DNA of 64,000 nucleotides from Paragordius varius (lineage: Eukaryota > Animalia > Nematomorpha), in assembly GCA_964247055.1 (NCBI GenBank), contig OZ176051.1, positions 8,432,001-8,496,000 on the forward strand. The letters are read 5' to 3'. The notes beneath the pieces were generated by a model, which searched no databases, was not told where the DNA came from, and saw only the letters and a list, made by a program, of their open reading frames with translations. A program made the translations under genes and the position numbers. Of this stretch, positions 51,201-64,000 are shown piece after piece. Every line of letters starts with the position of its first letter. Position 1 is the stretch's first letter.

Positions 51201-54200
51201 TATTGGGACTTCTATTTGTTGGTGCCAAAGCTGTCCGGGTAGATTCAATTTTTCGATCATCCGCATCATTGAAACGGCGTGGCGCAATATTTATAGTTCG
51301 GTATTTGTTTTGGTAATGCCTTGTATCCATTTCGGACATTGCGCTAATGTCATCAGTGCCATCTTCAAAACGCCCTTTTGTGTTGCTTTCATGCTTGTAC
51401 TGGTTGGCTAATATTTTACAGACAAATTAGAGCGTATAAATTGGTTTTCTATCAATTATTTCTGAAATTTTTTTTGTAATATTAATCAACGGTTTCTCAG
51501 ATAATTTTTATATTTTGAAATAAACAAAATATTTATATACTTGCGAATGGTGATAAGGTATTTGGTGATGTTAGGATATTCATACTTATGCCTCGGCCTA
51601 AATCTTGATTCCGTTTTTGATTGGTATCCGAAAAATAATAAGATGAGGAAATGGGTGATTTTGCCGACAAATTAGTCTGTACAAATATAATGTAATATAA
51701 TTGACTATGTTCAAAATTAAGTTTTGCAAATTTGATTATGATTTACGGTTGCTTAGCGAAATTCACTTTTGTGTAAACGATTGACAAAATACTCGTGTAT
51801 CAACCAGTATTAATGCTCTTTTAAATCAGGGCAACTAAGAGAATACTGACGAAACATATTTATTTTGCTAAAATGCCTTAGGAAAATTATCAAATGACTT
51901 TAAGCCCGCGAGATTTTTGGGATGCAAAATGTTACGAGAACTAAGTAAAATTGATATTAAACAATTTGTCTAAGTAAGTTTAATCAACTAGCATATTAAA
52001 AAACACAGTGAGTGAATTTTGCAGTGCTATTTTATAAATTTAATATGTTTATTAATACCCATACAATCGAAAATAACCGAACGTTTTTTTTTATTCAAAA
52101 ATGCGGCCAGAGAAGCCATTTGTGTTAGATACGCCTAGTTTAGAGTATTCTTGTTTTAATTTTGATGATAATCATCATAAATATTATATTGTTAAACAAA
52201 TACTGGACAAGAACCGATGCAAAATATTACCTAGAAAAACACGCTGCTTTCCAAATTCAAGTTGCATCATTCGTTAAAACTTGTAAAAAATGTTTTACAA
52301 AAAAATAGTACCATTAATTTCGATGCGAAGAACCGATCACCTCGGTATTTTGTTTAATTCCAATACAAAAGAGAAGAATTATTAAATCAAAACTACTGAG
52401 CGATAAGAAAATGCGCCCTAAAGTTTTGCACTTTGATTAAAAAGCAAAGTATTGTAAGAAAGTGCTATATTGCTAGAAAGTTATTAATTATTGCCAAAAA
52501 GCATATGCGGCAAAGTGTTATTACTGCCTAATAATGTTAAAAAGAAAAAAAATAACTATAAGCCAATAACACTGTCTTTTTTGTATATGCTATTTGGCAA
52601 AAATTATAATTTCTAGCAATGTATACTCCTATTTTTTAAGTTATTTTAATTATATATATAATTAATAGGGCTTCTTCGTGCTTAAAAAGACCATTTTAAG
52701 GGTTTACAAAAGACAAACATAAAAAACAAATTATTATGGTTTTGATCTTGAGTTTTTAAAATATCTGTTTAATGTAATTTTTTGATATTTTTTAATAGCA
52801 ATTTACGTTAAAAATCGATACATTCTTACAACAGTATTGGTTTTATACATATTTATATACCGTAGGTCGTTCCACATATATTTCACGAAAGTTGCTTTGG
52901 TTATGATTATTCGTGTTGGCAGTAGCTGATTTGTTTGATAATCTCGGCGACTTTTCCATGGTTGGAATATGCGTTCCCAAATCATTAGATTCATTTTCTC
53001 TTTCTTGATATGACCTAAAAACTAAAGTATTTTCTCGTCGTAAAGGCGATGACATGGTTACATCGGGTTGTTCCATCGGCTTATTATTAACTTTTTTCGT
53101 TTCAAAGTAGTTACCTGTCTTTGATGAAGAATTGTTCCATGCAGAAGAAGTATTGTAATTTAATGAGCCTTTGCGCGGTATGATGTGATACATTTGTGGT
53201 TGAACCATTTTGGGTGGCGAAATTCGACTTAAATCACGATGTGAATGGGATAATTGAGGAGCCGTCATTATCCGTGCCCTAAGGGTGTTTGTCGGTGAAG
53301 TTGCTTGTTTTTCCTTTTTTTCTTTTTCACCCGACTGGGTGGGTGAAAAAGTGGTCGTCACATAAAAATTTTTCTTGGAAGGCCCTGTATCACTTTTATT
53401 GTTTTTATCCCCCATACTTATTTTATAACTCGAGGATGTGGAAGATGTTGCCGTTAATAATTTATTATATTTTTCATCCAATCTGTAAGATGGTTGATCG
53501 TTAGCTTTTTTGGTATTATCATGGTCTTTGTATGATTTTGTTGCATGATAATAATCGACTAGATTAGAGCAGTTGGAAGAATCAAATGGTGATCGATTGC
53601 TTGAACTTCTACGTTCATTTATACTGGTGGTAACAGCCGAAGGATTTTCCTTGTCATGCAGGAATGATTCATTGGTCAATTCTTTATCATAATGATCTAT
53701 GTAGGCTAGTTCGTCTCCACCATTTTGAAATTTTGTTTCAATGTTGTTGTGCTGTGATTGTCGAGTCCCGACTCCATATCGCTCACGAATATCCAAGGGT
53801 TCACACGAGCCTTGCTTAGGCACTATGTTTAACAATTTAACGCCCCCGCTTCGTTTTATGCGTTCGGTCACTTCTTTGTTATGGCTACTGTTATCCTTCG
53901 CATAGTTATCAGACTTTCCATGTCCAATATTCAATCTAGGCGACAATAAGCCATTCATATCTTCTACATGGTGTTGATCGTACTTATCACGTGAATGCGC
54001 TATTGAATGATGATTTCCATGTTTTTTCATATGGTCACGCCCCAAGCTTCCCCAACGCATTTTACTTAGGTTTAAATTCCTATTTTTAGATGTCATCATA
54101 TCCAATTGATTTTCACGTGAATCATAATGGTTATCATACCCATTATTGCTCTCATGAACATCGTCAGACGATAGTAATAATTTATCGTTTGGTTTCGCAT

Positions 54201-54997
54201 TCTTATGTTTTTTATAATGATGATTTTCATGATCAGTACTTCCGCTAATCCATTTAGGCAAAGTATGGCCCAAATTTTCCGTTAACCTTTTGACCACTCT
54301 TTTATTTAAGCTTAGGGTATTGTTTTTTTCCGAATTTTCATGGGATGAACCCTTTCCACCACCCAGGTAATACGATGCATGAGGTTTTTGATGAAATTTT
54401 GATCCAATACCATCTCCATTGTTTTGATAAGAATTATTACAGTTTTGTTGTTTACTTTTTTGAAGTGTTTCCGGTTGTACCAAATTTGACCCGCAATTCC
54501 TATCAGTTTCTTTAATGTCATCATCGAGGTAAGGACTATGTTTAAATTCTCTATTTTGATCTTTATCAGAGTATAGGCTGTTTCCTTCATAAGCTACATC
54601 ATTATTAGAATTCAAAATTTTGTCTCGTTCCCCATTTGTTTTATGTTTATTAGTGTGGTGATTGCGTTTAAAAAAATTAGCGGCGTTTGCTTTTAAAGTT
54701 GCCATTCCATTCTCTTCAAATGTATGATGATGATTATTATTATTATAACAATTATCGGGCGATTTTACGGAGAAATTTAAATCCCTCTTGGAATCTTGGT
54801 GGAAATTTGTCAAACTATCGGCCTTGGCCTTTCCGTTTTCTCCTAATATAATATAAACAACATATTACGATTTTGCGTAAAAAATATTGTTTTATATCAA
54901 ATTACCTATTACTCCATCAGGAAAGTAATTTATTTTATTGAAAAAAAATATGACCCAATTTGATAAGTGAAAAATTGAACACTATATTAGTTTTCGA

Positions 54998-55041
<44 letters not shown>

Positions 55042-58000
55042 GTTATATTAAAGCTGCCTTTTATGTTTAAAACTTAGTTTTGTATCAAACTTATAGAAAA
55101 CCGCAAAGTCTAGCGACATGTAAATACAAATAATTGAACTTATTATTTTATATTACAAATTATTGATTGATAACTACAATATATTTACAGGAAATAAAAT
55201 ATGTTAATTAAAGAAAAACATACACCGCATATTTAATAGTAAACTAATAAAACTCAAAAATTCTTACCCACATTTTATCAAACATAAAAAGCGCTTAAAA
55301 ATTTAATGCAATCTTATGTAAGAGTCTGTAATTAGACACAAAATTATTTTTCAAATAAAAATCAAATATTGTATTTTAAAAAATTATTTTTTGCATGGTC
55401 AAAATACAACGAATTAGACTGAATCTGAAGGGTATTCAGAGACTAAATCAGTGCACATTAGTATTACAATATATAAGTAACTGGATAAAATGCTAAAATA
55501 ACTGAGACAAATAGTTAAATATTATTGCGATAAAAACAACTTAATAATAATTTTAATATAATATTTTATCATAAAATTTTCTTAGATACCTCTGTTGATA
55601 GATAATATAGCTCCAAACCTATGGTGTATCTATTTTAAACTAATTTTCAATCTAGAGAGTTAACGTAATATATGAAACCAGAAATAAATTTTATAGATAT
55701 AAGTTTATATACATACTAAATAAAAGGAAGTTGTAAAATTTATATTACCAGTGTATTAATATTACAGTTAAAATTATAAAAAAATCTAATTAAAACATTT
55801 AAATTTAGTTTAATTTTGGAATAAAAGTTGTCAAGCACTAAGAAAAATCTAATAAAATTACTTTGACGAAGAATGAGAAAGCAATATATTTTCGATTATT
55901 ATATAAAAAATGAAAATTTAAAATTTAGATAAATAATATCAATAAATTTATGCATATGAAATATTATGTAACTACTAGCCTTTGAAAATATTTAAATTTT
56001 AACACGTACAAATCGCTCCCATTGCTATTTTTACTTTTTAACATTGAAGGATTTTTTTCATCAAATTATAGCATGCGTAAATTATGCAATAGTGATAGTA
56101 ACCACTATATTGAGTTTTGAATAAATTACAAATCCGATATCACAAAATTGATTTTCAATAAAAATTACTCAATATTATGATTCTTTGATCTCAACATTAT
56201 TTTTTCTTCTCATTTTATTTAAAAAAAAGGCATAGAAAAAGAGGATTTAACATAAAAACTGGAATACCAAAGGATTAACGAATGAACCATTCATAATGTT
56301 TTATAAGATAAGAGTCGATAACCTAAGCCAAGGTATATGTGTGCTATATCTGTTCTATCTGTTTAAAAAATAATTGCTAAAGTATGTAAAGAATTAATTT
56401 TTAACAGCAATAACAACATATTGTACAATGCGCTAACATTTACATAAAATGCATCTTTTCTATCCTTAAATGCTATGTAGAATTGTTAGCTTACGGTACA
56501 TTACAGGCGATTTTCCTCATTTATATTTAAAACATTTTTATATGGCCGCAAATAATTAAAATACGGTTTTTTTGAAAATTGAACTTTTTACTAAAAGTTC
56601 GAGAAAAATTATTAAGTAATAACCAAAATTTTGCCGCTGCCCACATTTATCAGTTGTACAATAAATTAACACTATTTGTTCAGAACATTTTAGCAAAAAA
56701 TTATATTTAAGTATATAAAGTTATGTAATTTTAGTTCATGTTGAAAATTTGCTTATATTTCCAGATTTTAATCAAATGTTGTAAATTCTTTTCCTATTAA
56801 CTTTTTTTCTATTTATCGAAATCCAAAAATAAAGAAATTATATTTGGAATATAAAGGTCTACTATATACACTGTGTGCAAAAAAAATTTTAACGAAAATT
56901 TTTTTTTATCATGAGATAGCTTATGACCAGCGTATTCATTTGCCGCAAAAATTTTTAACGAAAATTTTTTTTATCATGAGCTAGCTTATGACCAGCGTAT
57001 TCATTTGCCGCAAAAATTTTTATTTGTTGACAACCTAGTTTTTGAAATATTGAGAGAAAATCGAATTCGGGCAAAAAATGAAAATTAAGGATAATTAAGG
57101 ATAATTCAAAAAATAATGATAAAATCTAAAATATTATTGTTTATTATCATTTTAGGAGATATTTTCAATATATAAATAGCCTAAAATCATATAGTTAGGG
57201 TTTCTATAAAATTTCAGGTCAAAAGATGGCGTTTTTCTTTTATCACACTAAAAAACAAAACAATTTAATGAAACTATATTAAAATAATTTTTTTTAATTA
57301 TTTACTACCTAAACTCACAATTAAAATCTTACATTCATATTTTATTCAGGAAAATAAACTTCTATATCAAAATAAAACCAAAAATATTGTTTTTTATTTT
57401 TGCACATTTTTGTCATCTGGCTTATTAGTGTATAAAAAAAATTAAACTGTTTTATTTTAGATTCTTAAATGAGTGGGAATTATTAAGTATATATTTTATG
57501 CAAAATAGGATTGAAAATTAGTGGAATATCAACCAACAATCCGTACAAATCCCAGACTTGTTACAGGAATTTGTAAGGATTGTTGGTGGATATTCCACTA
57601 CTTTTAAATCCTATTTTGCATAAATTATATACTATAATGCCTAATCATCTAAGAATCCAAAATAAGACAGTATATATATACTCATAAATCAGATGACGAA
57701 AAAATGCAAAAATAAAAAAACAATATTTTTGGTTTTTATTTGATTTAGAAGTTTATTTTACTGAATAAAATATGTTTAATAGTGAGTTTAGGTAGTAAAT
57801 AATTTAAAAAAATAGTTTCAATATAGTTTCATTAAATTTTTTTGTCTTTTAAGTTTGATAAAAGAAAACCGCCATCTTTTGACCTGAAATTTTATAGAAA
57901 CCCTAACTATATGATTTTAGGCTATTTATATATTGAAAATATCTCCTAAAATGATAATAAACGGTAATATTTCAGATTTTATCATTCTTTTTGAATTATC

Positions 58001-59131
58001 CTTAATTATCCATAATTTTCACTTTTTGTCCGAATTCGATTTTCTCTCAATATTTCAAAAACTAGGTTGTCAACAAATAAAAATTTTTGCGGCAAATGAA
58101 TACGCTATTCATAAGCTATCTCATGAAAAAAAATTTTTTATTTAAATCAAAATGACCCTCTTTTTTGCACACAGTGTATATGGATTATTTATGACCGAAC
58201 AACAGCAATGCTTTAATCATTTAAAGCAGGGGTGTCCAACACGCGATTGCCAAAAATTTGGAAATCCATTATATACACAACTTTGTAAAATTAATATTTC
58301 TTAAACAAATTTTCTGAATATGTCTATTTATTCGGCATTTTCATCATTAATTCTTATGTTTAAAATCTAATAAAATATTATTAATGCCCTATATTTCAAA
58401 TGCGGCTGGCGAAGCTATTCGTGTTGACACCCCTGACCAAAAAAATTAAAAAATATTAAGTATTCTAAATTAGGCCCTTAATAAAAATATTTTTTTCATG
58501 TAAATATAAAAAAAGGGGGGATGACTCTTCCATTCTAGATAACAAATTTACCATAAAATTTATCATCATTACTAGGCATGCGGCAAAAATTATTATTATC
58601 GTCCAAACAACTTTGTCCGACATTTATGACATCGACTTTCAAAGTTTTGGGTTTTGAATATCTCATAGAAGAGGAATAATTTCGAAGGGAATTACGATAT
58701 GCCCCAAATAGAGAAACGAGTTTATTGCTTCGCTCAGAATTTGTAGAGTCCATATGGTGGTTACTTAATTTATGGCTACCATTGGAGTATATTGGGTTAT
58801 TATTATCCATTTTTTCATGGTGATAAGATAGGGAGGGAAAATGGAAAAAGTTTTTTGTTAATTTATTAGAAGAATTATCAAAGAGATAGCGTTTAGGTAT
58901 CTCCGGTTTTAATGGGTCGTTTTGTTGGGCTTCATCACACCCAAAACAATGGGACGATGGTCTAAAATATGCCATATCTTCCAAAGACCTAATATTATTT
59001 GTCTCATCAAAATTTGATGATGTCTTCAATTGCAAACTATTTGAGAGGGGCAGTGAATGTTTTCCACATCTAGGGAGTGTGGCTTCTGAACCATGAGTAG
59101 GTGTAGCCGTTGCAAAAAATGGAAGTTTCAT
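39249..59131 (-). CDS. SRCIN1/KIAA1217 (p140Cap / sickle tail, AIP3/Bud6-like coiled-coil) family protein, about 2913 aa
   Basis: 18 GT-AG exons, all phases consistent: 59131-58552, 54842-52861, 51676-51541, 51407-51132, 50771-50558, 50465-49967, 48890-48653, 48561-48474, 48110-48022, 47816-47665, 46842-46640, 45804-45674, 45604-45499, 45297-45214, 44218-44122, 43669-42473, 42032-41916, 41801-39249. Motifs SAMSEMD, IVYLKHKNETKR..IFPNQFTM..IFYELEDVSDITNKAVLKL, METMEKRLNALTAMVQNVL, LNDIEISIEEF, FIKIEPEKLRNNLNRCR. Start codon and last exon end less certain. Confidence 0.85.
44233..44428 (-). mobile_element. tRNA-derived SINE with 16-bp target-site duplication
   Basis: Minus strand GGCGTGATAATATAGTAC..CCAGACTCTTACACTG..GAGTTTGAACCCC (A/B-box-like head), A-rich 3' part; direct repeats CACTAAAATAGAAATA at 44217-44232 and 44429-44444. 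Confidence 0.7.
49100..49700 (+). mobile_element. RTE-clade LINE RT 3' fragment, antisense in an intron
   Basis: IDDNLIEKLDQFTYLGDVI, KRIQQAWGKVNSLK, KWLIYKAGVRPALTYATETW in broken frames. Confidence 0.8.
51827..52137. mobile_element. MITE family C copy (degenerate)
   Basis: GCCCGCGAGA and AAAAATGCGGCCAGAGAAGCCATTTGTGTT shared with 17812 and 58227. Confidence 0.55.
52466..52626. mobile_element. MITE family E copy
   Basis: ATTGCTAGAAAGTTATTAATTATTGCCAAA ... TTTGGCAAAAATTATAATTTCTAGCAATGTATA. Confidence 0.75.
55003..55036. repeat. (TA)n microsatellite
   Basis: Direct reading. Confidence 0.95.
56869..58176. mobile_element. Tc1/mariner-type foldback element: a 1.3-kb near-perfect palindrome
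   Basis: TA|CACTGTGTGCAAAAAA ... TTTTTTGCACACAGTG|TA; arms pair inward to a loop of about 13 nt at 57553-57565; about 65-bp tandem duplication in the left arm (56882-57011). Confidence 0.92.
58227..58435. mobile_element. hAT-type MITE, family C copy
   Basis: TIRs CAGGGGTGTCCAACACG / CGTGTTGACACCCCTG. Confidence 0.85.
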
Positions 59132-61389
59132 ATTTGTTTGTTTCACGAATCCGAAATCCAAAAGCCAATTTTTATTTCAAAATCATTTGAAAATTTTCAA
59201 GTTTGACTTAAGAGATGACCACGTAAAATAATCTCACCGTTTTTGTCAATTATTATTTATGGAAAAGAAAAAAATGCATAGCGTCAATGTTGAGAGTCCT
59301 TGAATTATGTAATAATATATACTATTGTTTTTGTTTTAGCTATTCCACATATCTCCATGTACAGTTGGAATTATAATATATAAGAAAATTCTCAAGCCAC
59401 TTTATATATTAATCTGGAATTCGCTTAGTTTAACAACAATATGCTGTTTAAAACTAAACTATAAACTTGATAAAAAATAACGGAACCTTTTAATTATTAT
59501 TATTATTACCAACTAATGTGGAAGTTTTGTTTAATATTTTTGGATACGAAAAAATTGTAAAAAAACGAAAAAATAATAAATATAAAGCAATCGATAAAAC
59601 AAAACTATTAAGCATGTGCAATGCAAAATAAAACAGCAAATAAGGCAAAATTTTACAAAAACAACCTGTTAATACTGTGTGTGTGTCAATGTTAATAAAA
59701 AATAAAATGTATTAAAAAAATTCACATCATATGAAATCATCCGAAAATGTGCAGTTTATCATATATTTTTAAATTTTTTGGGGGGAGGAACATTTAAAAA
59801 CCAGATTAAATCTTTAGGTCAAAAGTTCAAATTCCAACTACTCCAATGATCCGCGCGCTTTTAAAATGAATTTTAAAATATGATTTCATAATATTTTAAT
59901 TTTTACCATGATATATTTTTCATATGAATCCAAACGAAAAATTTAGCTAACATTTAGATTTTCGATATGCATAATTTATATTGCTAAAAAATTATTAATA
60001 ATTCATAAAACGAGAAAAATGTGTGAGAGGATTTGTTAAAGGAAAAAAAATATGAGAGGAGAGGAGGAGGTCGTTGTATTCGAAAATATGCGCGGAATAT
60101 TTGCAGAAATATTCAGATAAAAATATCAATTAGTTACTAATATAATATTATTCCTATAATCTTTGTGTAATAATTGATGCATATGGTTAAAATTTTTTTG
60201 TAATTACAACGTAAAATCGGAATTCGTTCAAACATTATATGAAACATCGATAGAAATGCAAAATATTTAATTGGAATTAAATACGATTTTTCAAATACGT
60301 GGGTTGGCGATATATTAATTGATTTTTTAAAATCTAAAATTTTAACTGGTCAAACAATGATTAAAAATTTAAGGTATTGTGTTTTAAAATAAAAAAAATA
60401 TTTTTTAAGCGAAAACTAAGCTCATCAAGCAGTACAAATTTATGTTATACGGTCAAAATTTGAAACACAACTACAATAAAAAAATATAAAAACAAATTGT
60501 TTCATCTAAAAGCAACATAGATATAGATATAAATGAAATAAAAATTTGTATACCTGTATAAATTATATTTTTATAATATATATATGAAAAGAGAAAAGTA
60601 AAATGATATTTAATCCTTTTATTCAAATGATATACATACACGATAAAAAGGTTTTAAAAAATTTCACCTGTACTCGTGATTCGTTTATATTATTTAAAAC
60701 ATTTTTGTTTTTTTGGTAAAAAAACCAAAATAAAAATTATATAAAAAGCATTATAAAACAGTATTTAAATAAAATTTTATATAGTTTTATTAAATGGGGA
60801 AAATACTAGTGTTTAAATAATTTGTTTTTTCTAATTAAATCCATTTTTAAATTTTTTAATGCTATTAAAAAGTATAATATTTAGAGATATTTTTCAGAAA
60901 CCCAGATAAAAAAGTATACTGTTTTTAAGGTGATAATTTTTGTGTTGTTAAATCAAAAAAAACTAAAACATAATTTGTGGTTAAATTAAGTTATCATATA
61001 TGTAATTATTACCTTGAAAATGATTTTTATTGCATTATTTTTATGTTGTAATTGCATCTTCACCTATTATCTTTTATCTCATACTTTATTAACACATTAA
61101 TTATTGTAAAAATATTATTCGTCGACAAAATTTAATTGGGCTTGTATAATTTTTTTGTAATATTATTGTAACAATATTTAGATATATATATTTTATTACG
61201 TTTAAAATTATCTAATCTATATATGTTTGTTTATCATTTTGGGGTTTATGTATAGATCATTATGTTTATTTTTCAATATTTTTCTGTGTAATCTAATTTT
61301 TTTAGAATTTTATCCGGGTAAAAAAATTATTTTTTACTGTTAAATGAAATGTTTAGAAGTCTTCTGTGATAGGTCTTTCATCTAAATTG

Positions 61390-61616
61390 GTTCAAATCAA
61401 GGGGTCACTTCGTGGGGCCACATTCGCTAACAAATATTATATTAACCCTAACTGTAAAAATTACTATATATTTAAATATTTTTTTTCTAGTTCTCTGCCT
61501 TTAGGGAAGATAAAAATTTGTTTAAATCAAGTTAACTTGAATTTTGTAAATTAAAAATCTTAAATTTCTCGCGGGCTGCAAATATATTCTGGAGGGCCGC
61601 ACGTTGAATACCCCTG
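61390..61616. mobile_element. Partial hAT-type MITE
   Basis: Right end GCGGGCTGCAA..GAGGGCCGCACGTTGAATACCCCTG; left end unclear. Confidence 0.5.
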
Positions 61617-62907
61617 GCATAAATAATTGTTCAAATGCTGGCATCATTAAAATATATTTTAATGTTTCTGGAACATTAAGTTTTTTGAAAATTTTTAAAT
61701 AAATATATAATGCTAATTGATAAATAATTTTTATATCCTATTTTTGACATTTTACGGAAATAAAATAATTGAAAAACATAACTTACCCAATGAATTTGAT
61801 TTGAAGGAATTCAATAAAAATAAAAAAAATAAAATAAATGAAAGTTCAAAATAATAATTATGGGAATTAAAAAATTAAAAATATGAATTATTTTTGAAAA
61901 TATGTTTCTAAGCATACAGTCTAAAAATCTAGGATTTTTTTCCATAAAACAGAAAAACTGATAAAAACCATATTGAAGATGTTTGAATGTATACTACATA
62001 TTTCGAACTATAGAAACAAGATGTACAGATCTGGCTTTTCAAATTTTTAATTTTATAAAAAAAAATGTTTTTCAGAACGGATAAAAAATTCAGTTATAAT
62101 ATTATTTGAACACTGAAATATTATAAAAAAATGTTTTAAAATAATTAGCCCAACTTGTCCAATAATATTGATATTTAAAGGATAGTATATCTTAAAAATT
62201 TTATTTAAAGATATTTTCTTCTGTTTGAGGTTATCTTGATAATTTTTTAACATTTTTCTTTCTATGGTTCGATTATAACGCCTAAATTCTATATCTACAT
62301 TTTATCACCAATTACTTTAAACCATTGCATAGAAAATAAAATAATAAATAACTCAATATATATATCTTTAAACTGTAAACTTATTTGTTGGACAAAATTA
62401 ACCTGTAAAAGTTAACTATGGCACAATATCACTATGTATATTTGCTGATTCTTTATATGTCATAAAAATTTTTGCTTGAGTTTATTCTTGATCAGAAGAT
62501 TTTCTCATTAGGTGTTTGGTATAAATGTCAAATTTTGTAGATACCTTTGCTTACCGTGTTGACAATAAAATTTTGTCTGTTTTTTTTTCAGTTGATTTTA
62601 AAATTCGAGGTTAGTATGATAATATTGTATTAAAAATATTAACACATTTTATATGTTTTTCACACTTCCAACTATTTTAAAATAGTCACTAAATTGTAAA
62701 CATTTAAAAAGTATAAAAACATAGGTATAGTTTCTTTTCTTCTTTATTTCAAAGAGGTAATAGATTTAACTGTGTAACCGGCTTTTCCTCGGTGCCCTAA
62801 GCTCTGATAAATAATTTGTATCAGGATTAACCAGTTGAGTTTTTACCTTCATTGTTTACCAGATATAGGCCTCATTTATTTAATGCTTATAATTACCATT
62901 TGCAGTT

Positions 62908-63170
62908 CATATTCAACCTCGAACAATTCAAATTCACCCTTGAACAATTTGGATTCACCTTCAAAATAAATTATGTGTTTTTGAACTAATATAACTCATT
63001 ATTAATATAAAATATATCTCTATGTCATAGTTATTTTTTTAGTATTATTTTAATTTAAAACAAAATTTTATGTTTTATATCTATAAAAATATAGGTAGTT
63101 TTTAAAACACATATAATTTATTTGAGGGTGAATTTGAATTGTTCAAGGGTGATTATTTGTTTAAGGGTGA
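62908..63170. mobile_element. MITE family A, intact copy (empty-site reference for 22763-24305)
   Basis: Arms CAATTCAAATTCACCCTTGAACAA / GAGGGTGAATTTGAATTGTTCAAGGGTG. Confidence 0.8.
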
Positions 63171-64000
63171 TAAGAATTGTTAATGGTATAGAATATGACC
63201 AAATAATCATTGAATCAAGCCACAAAACATATAATGGTTAATGTTTAAATGCAGCTCCGTATATATTATGTGCATTCAGCACCGTTATAAAAATAATTTC
63301 GTCCACAATGTTTGTCACATTAGTAAAATTTATTAATTTTGTATAAATGAAAACGTCAAACTTGCTAAATAGATTATCTGAAAACAATTTGAATACAGTA
63401 AAAATCGAATATATAACGTAAATATAACTAGTAAAGACTAAGCCTTTTACCAAAAATAAGTAGGTGGCATTATATAAATCGTATATCACTGTTGTAAAAT
63501 ATAAGTTGATGCATAGATAGGTGCAATACCATATTTGCCACCAGAATAAAAATATTAATTGAAAAAAGTATTTTTTATCTAACATCCCATTACTTTGTAT
63601 TAGATCCTAGAGCGATTATTTTGAATATCTCAAAAATTAAAAGTATTATGCTGAATTTAAAAATATGCTTTCGTCAGAAGCGCATTATACAAAAAAATTT
63701 TAAACATTTTAGCCGCCATTTTTTTCTCTATAAATTATTTGAAGCATCAGTCAAATGAATGTGTATTATGGTTAAAAATGTATATAATTAACTTTAAGAA
63801 GCTTTAACAGCAAAAACTTGAATATTTTGATTTTAATATCAGCTTTTCTTTCAATCGTATTTGGAGCTGTCCCGATTTAGACTCTATAAGTCACAAAATT
63901 GTAAAAAATATAAGCTTTTTTATGTAATACATGTGAACAATGTTTGATAATTAAATTTTAACTAAAATAATTTTCAAAACATTGGTTTACGCACATAATT

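Noticed and set aside
39418-54590. Antisense and alternate-frame ORFs overlapping the large SRCIN1-like exons
   Set aside because: Shadow ORFs of coding sequence; no independent signal.

Overview
Very AT-rich eukaryotic, almost certainly invertebrate animal, genomic DNA; no prokaryotic features and no CRISPR array. Four protein-coding genes were rebuilt by hand. A compact housekeeping cluster holds Beclin-1/ATG6 (+, 7528-12133), PPIL3 cyclophilin (-, 12719-14504) and an L7Ae/RPP38-like gene (+, about 14606-15150). PPIL3 is invisible in the supplied ORF track, and only the last exon of the RPP38-like gene appears there. The fourth is an 18-exon SRCIN1/KIAA1217 (p140Cap/sickle-tail)-like gene of about 2913 aa (-, 39249-59131). 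Main observation: the three housekeeping genes can only be read if GT-AG introns of about 20-25 nt are spliced. The 25-nt PPIL3 intron and the 20/23-nt BECN1 intron are forced by frame and by gap-free alignment to conserved residues. Most of these tiny introns start with an unusual GTTT donor, while 69-3700-nt introns occur in the same window. The cluster sits between two inverted copies of a roughly 1.4-1.6 kb modular repeat with foldback-like architecture. The rest is a dense transposon landscape: hAT (Blackjack- and Charlie-like), mariner, RTE LINE fragments, many MITEs, a 1.3-kb palindrome, and a tRNA-derived SINE whose target-site duplication copies a splice acceptor. All family calls come from recognising motifs by eye; no searches were run, and repeat boundaries are approximate unless a TSD fixes them.
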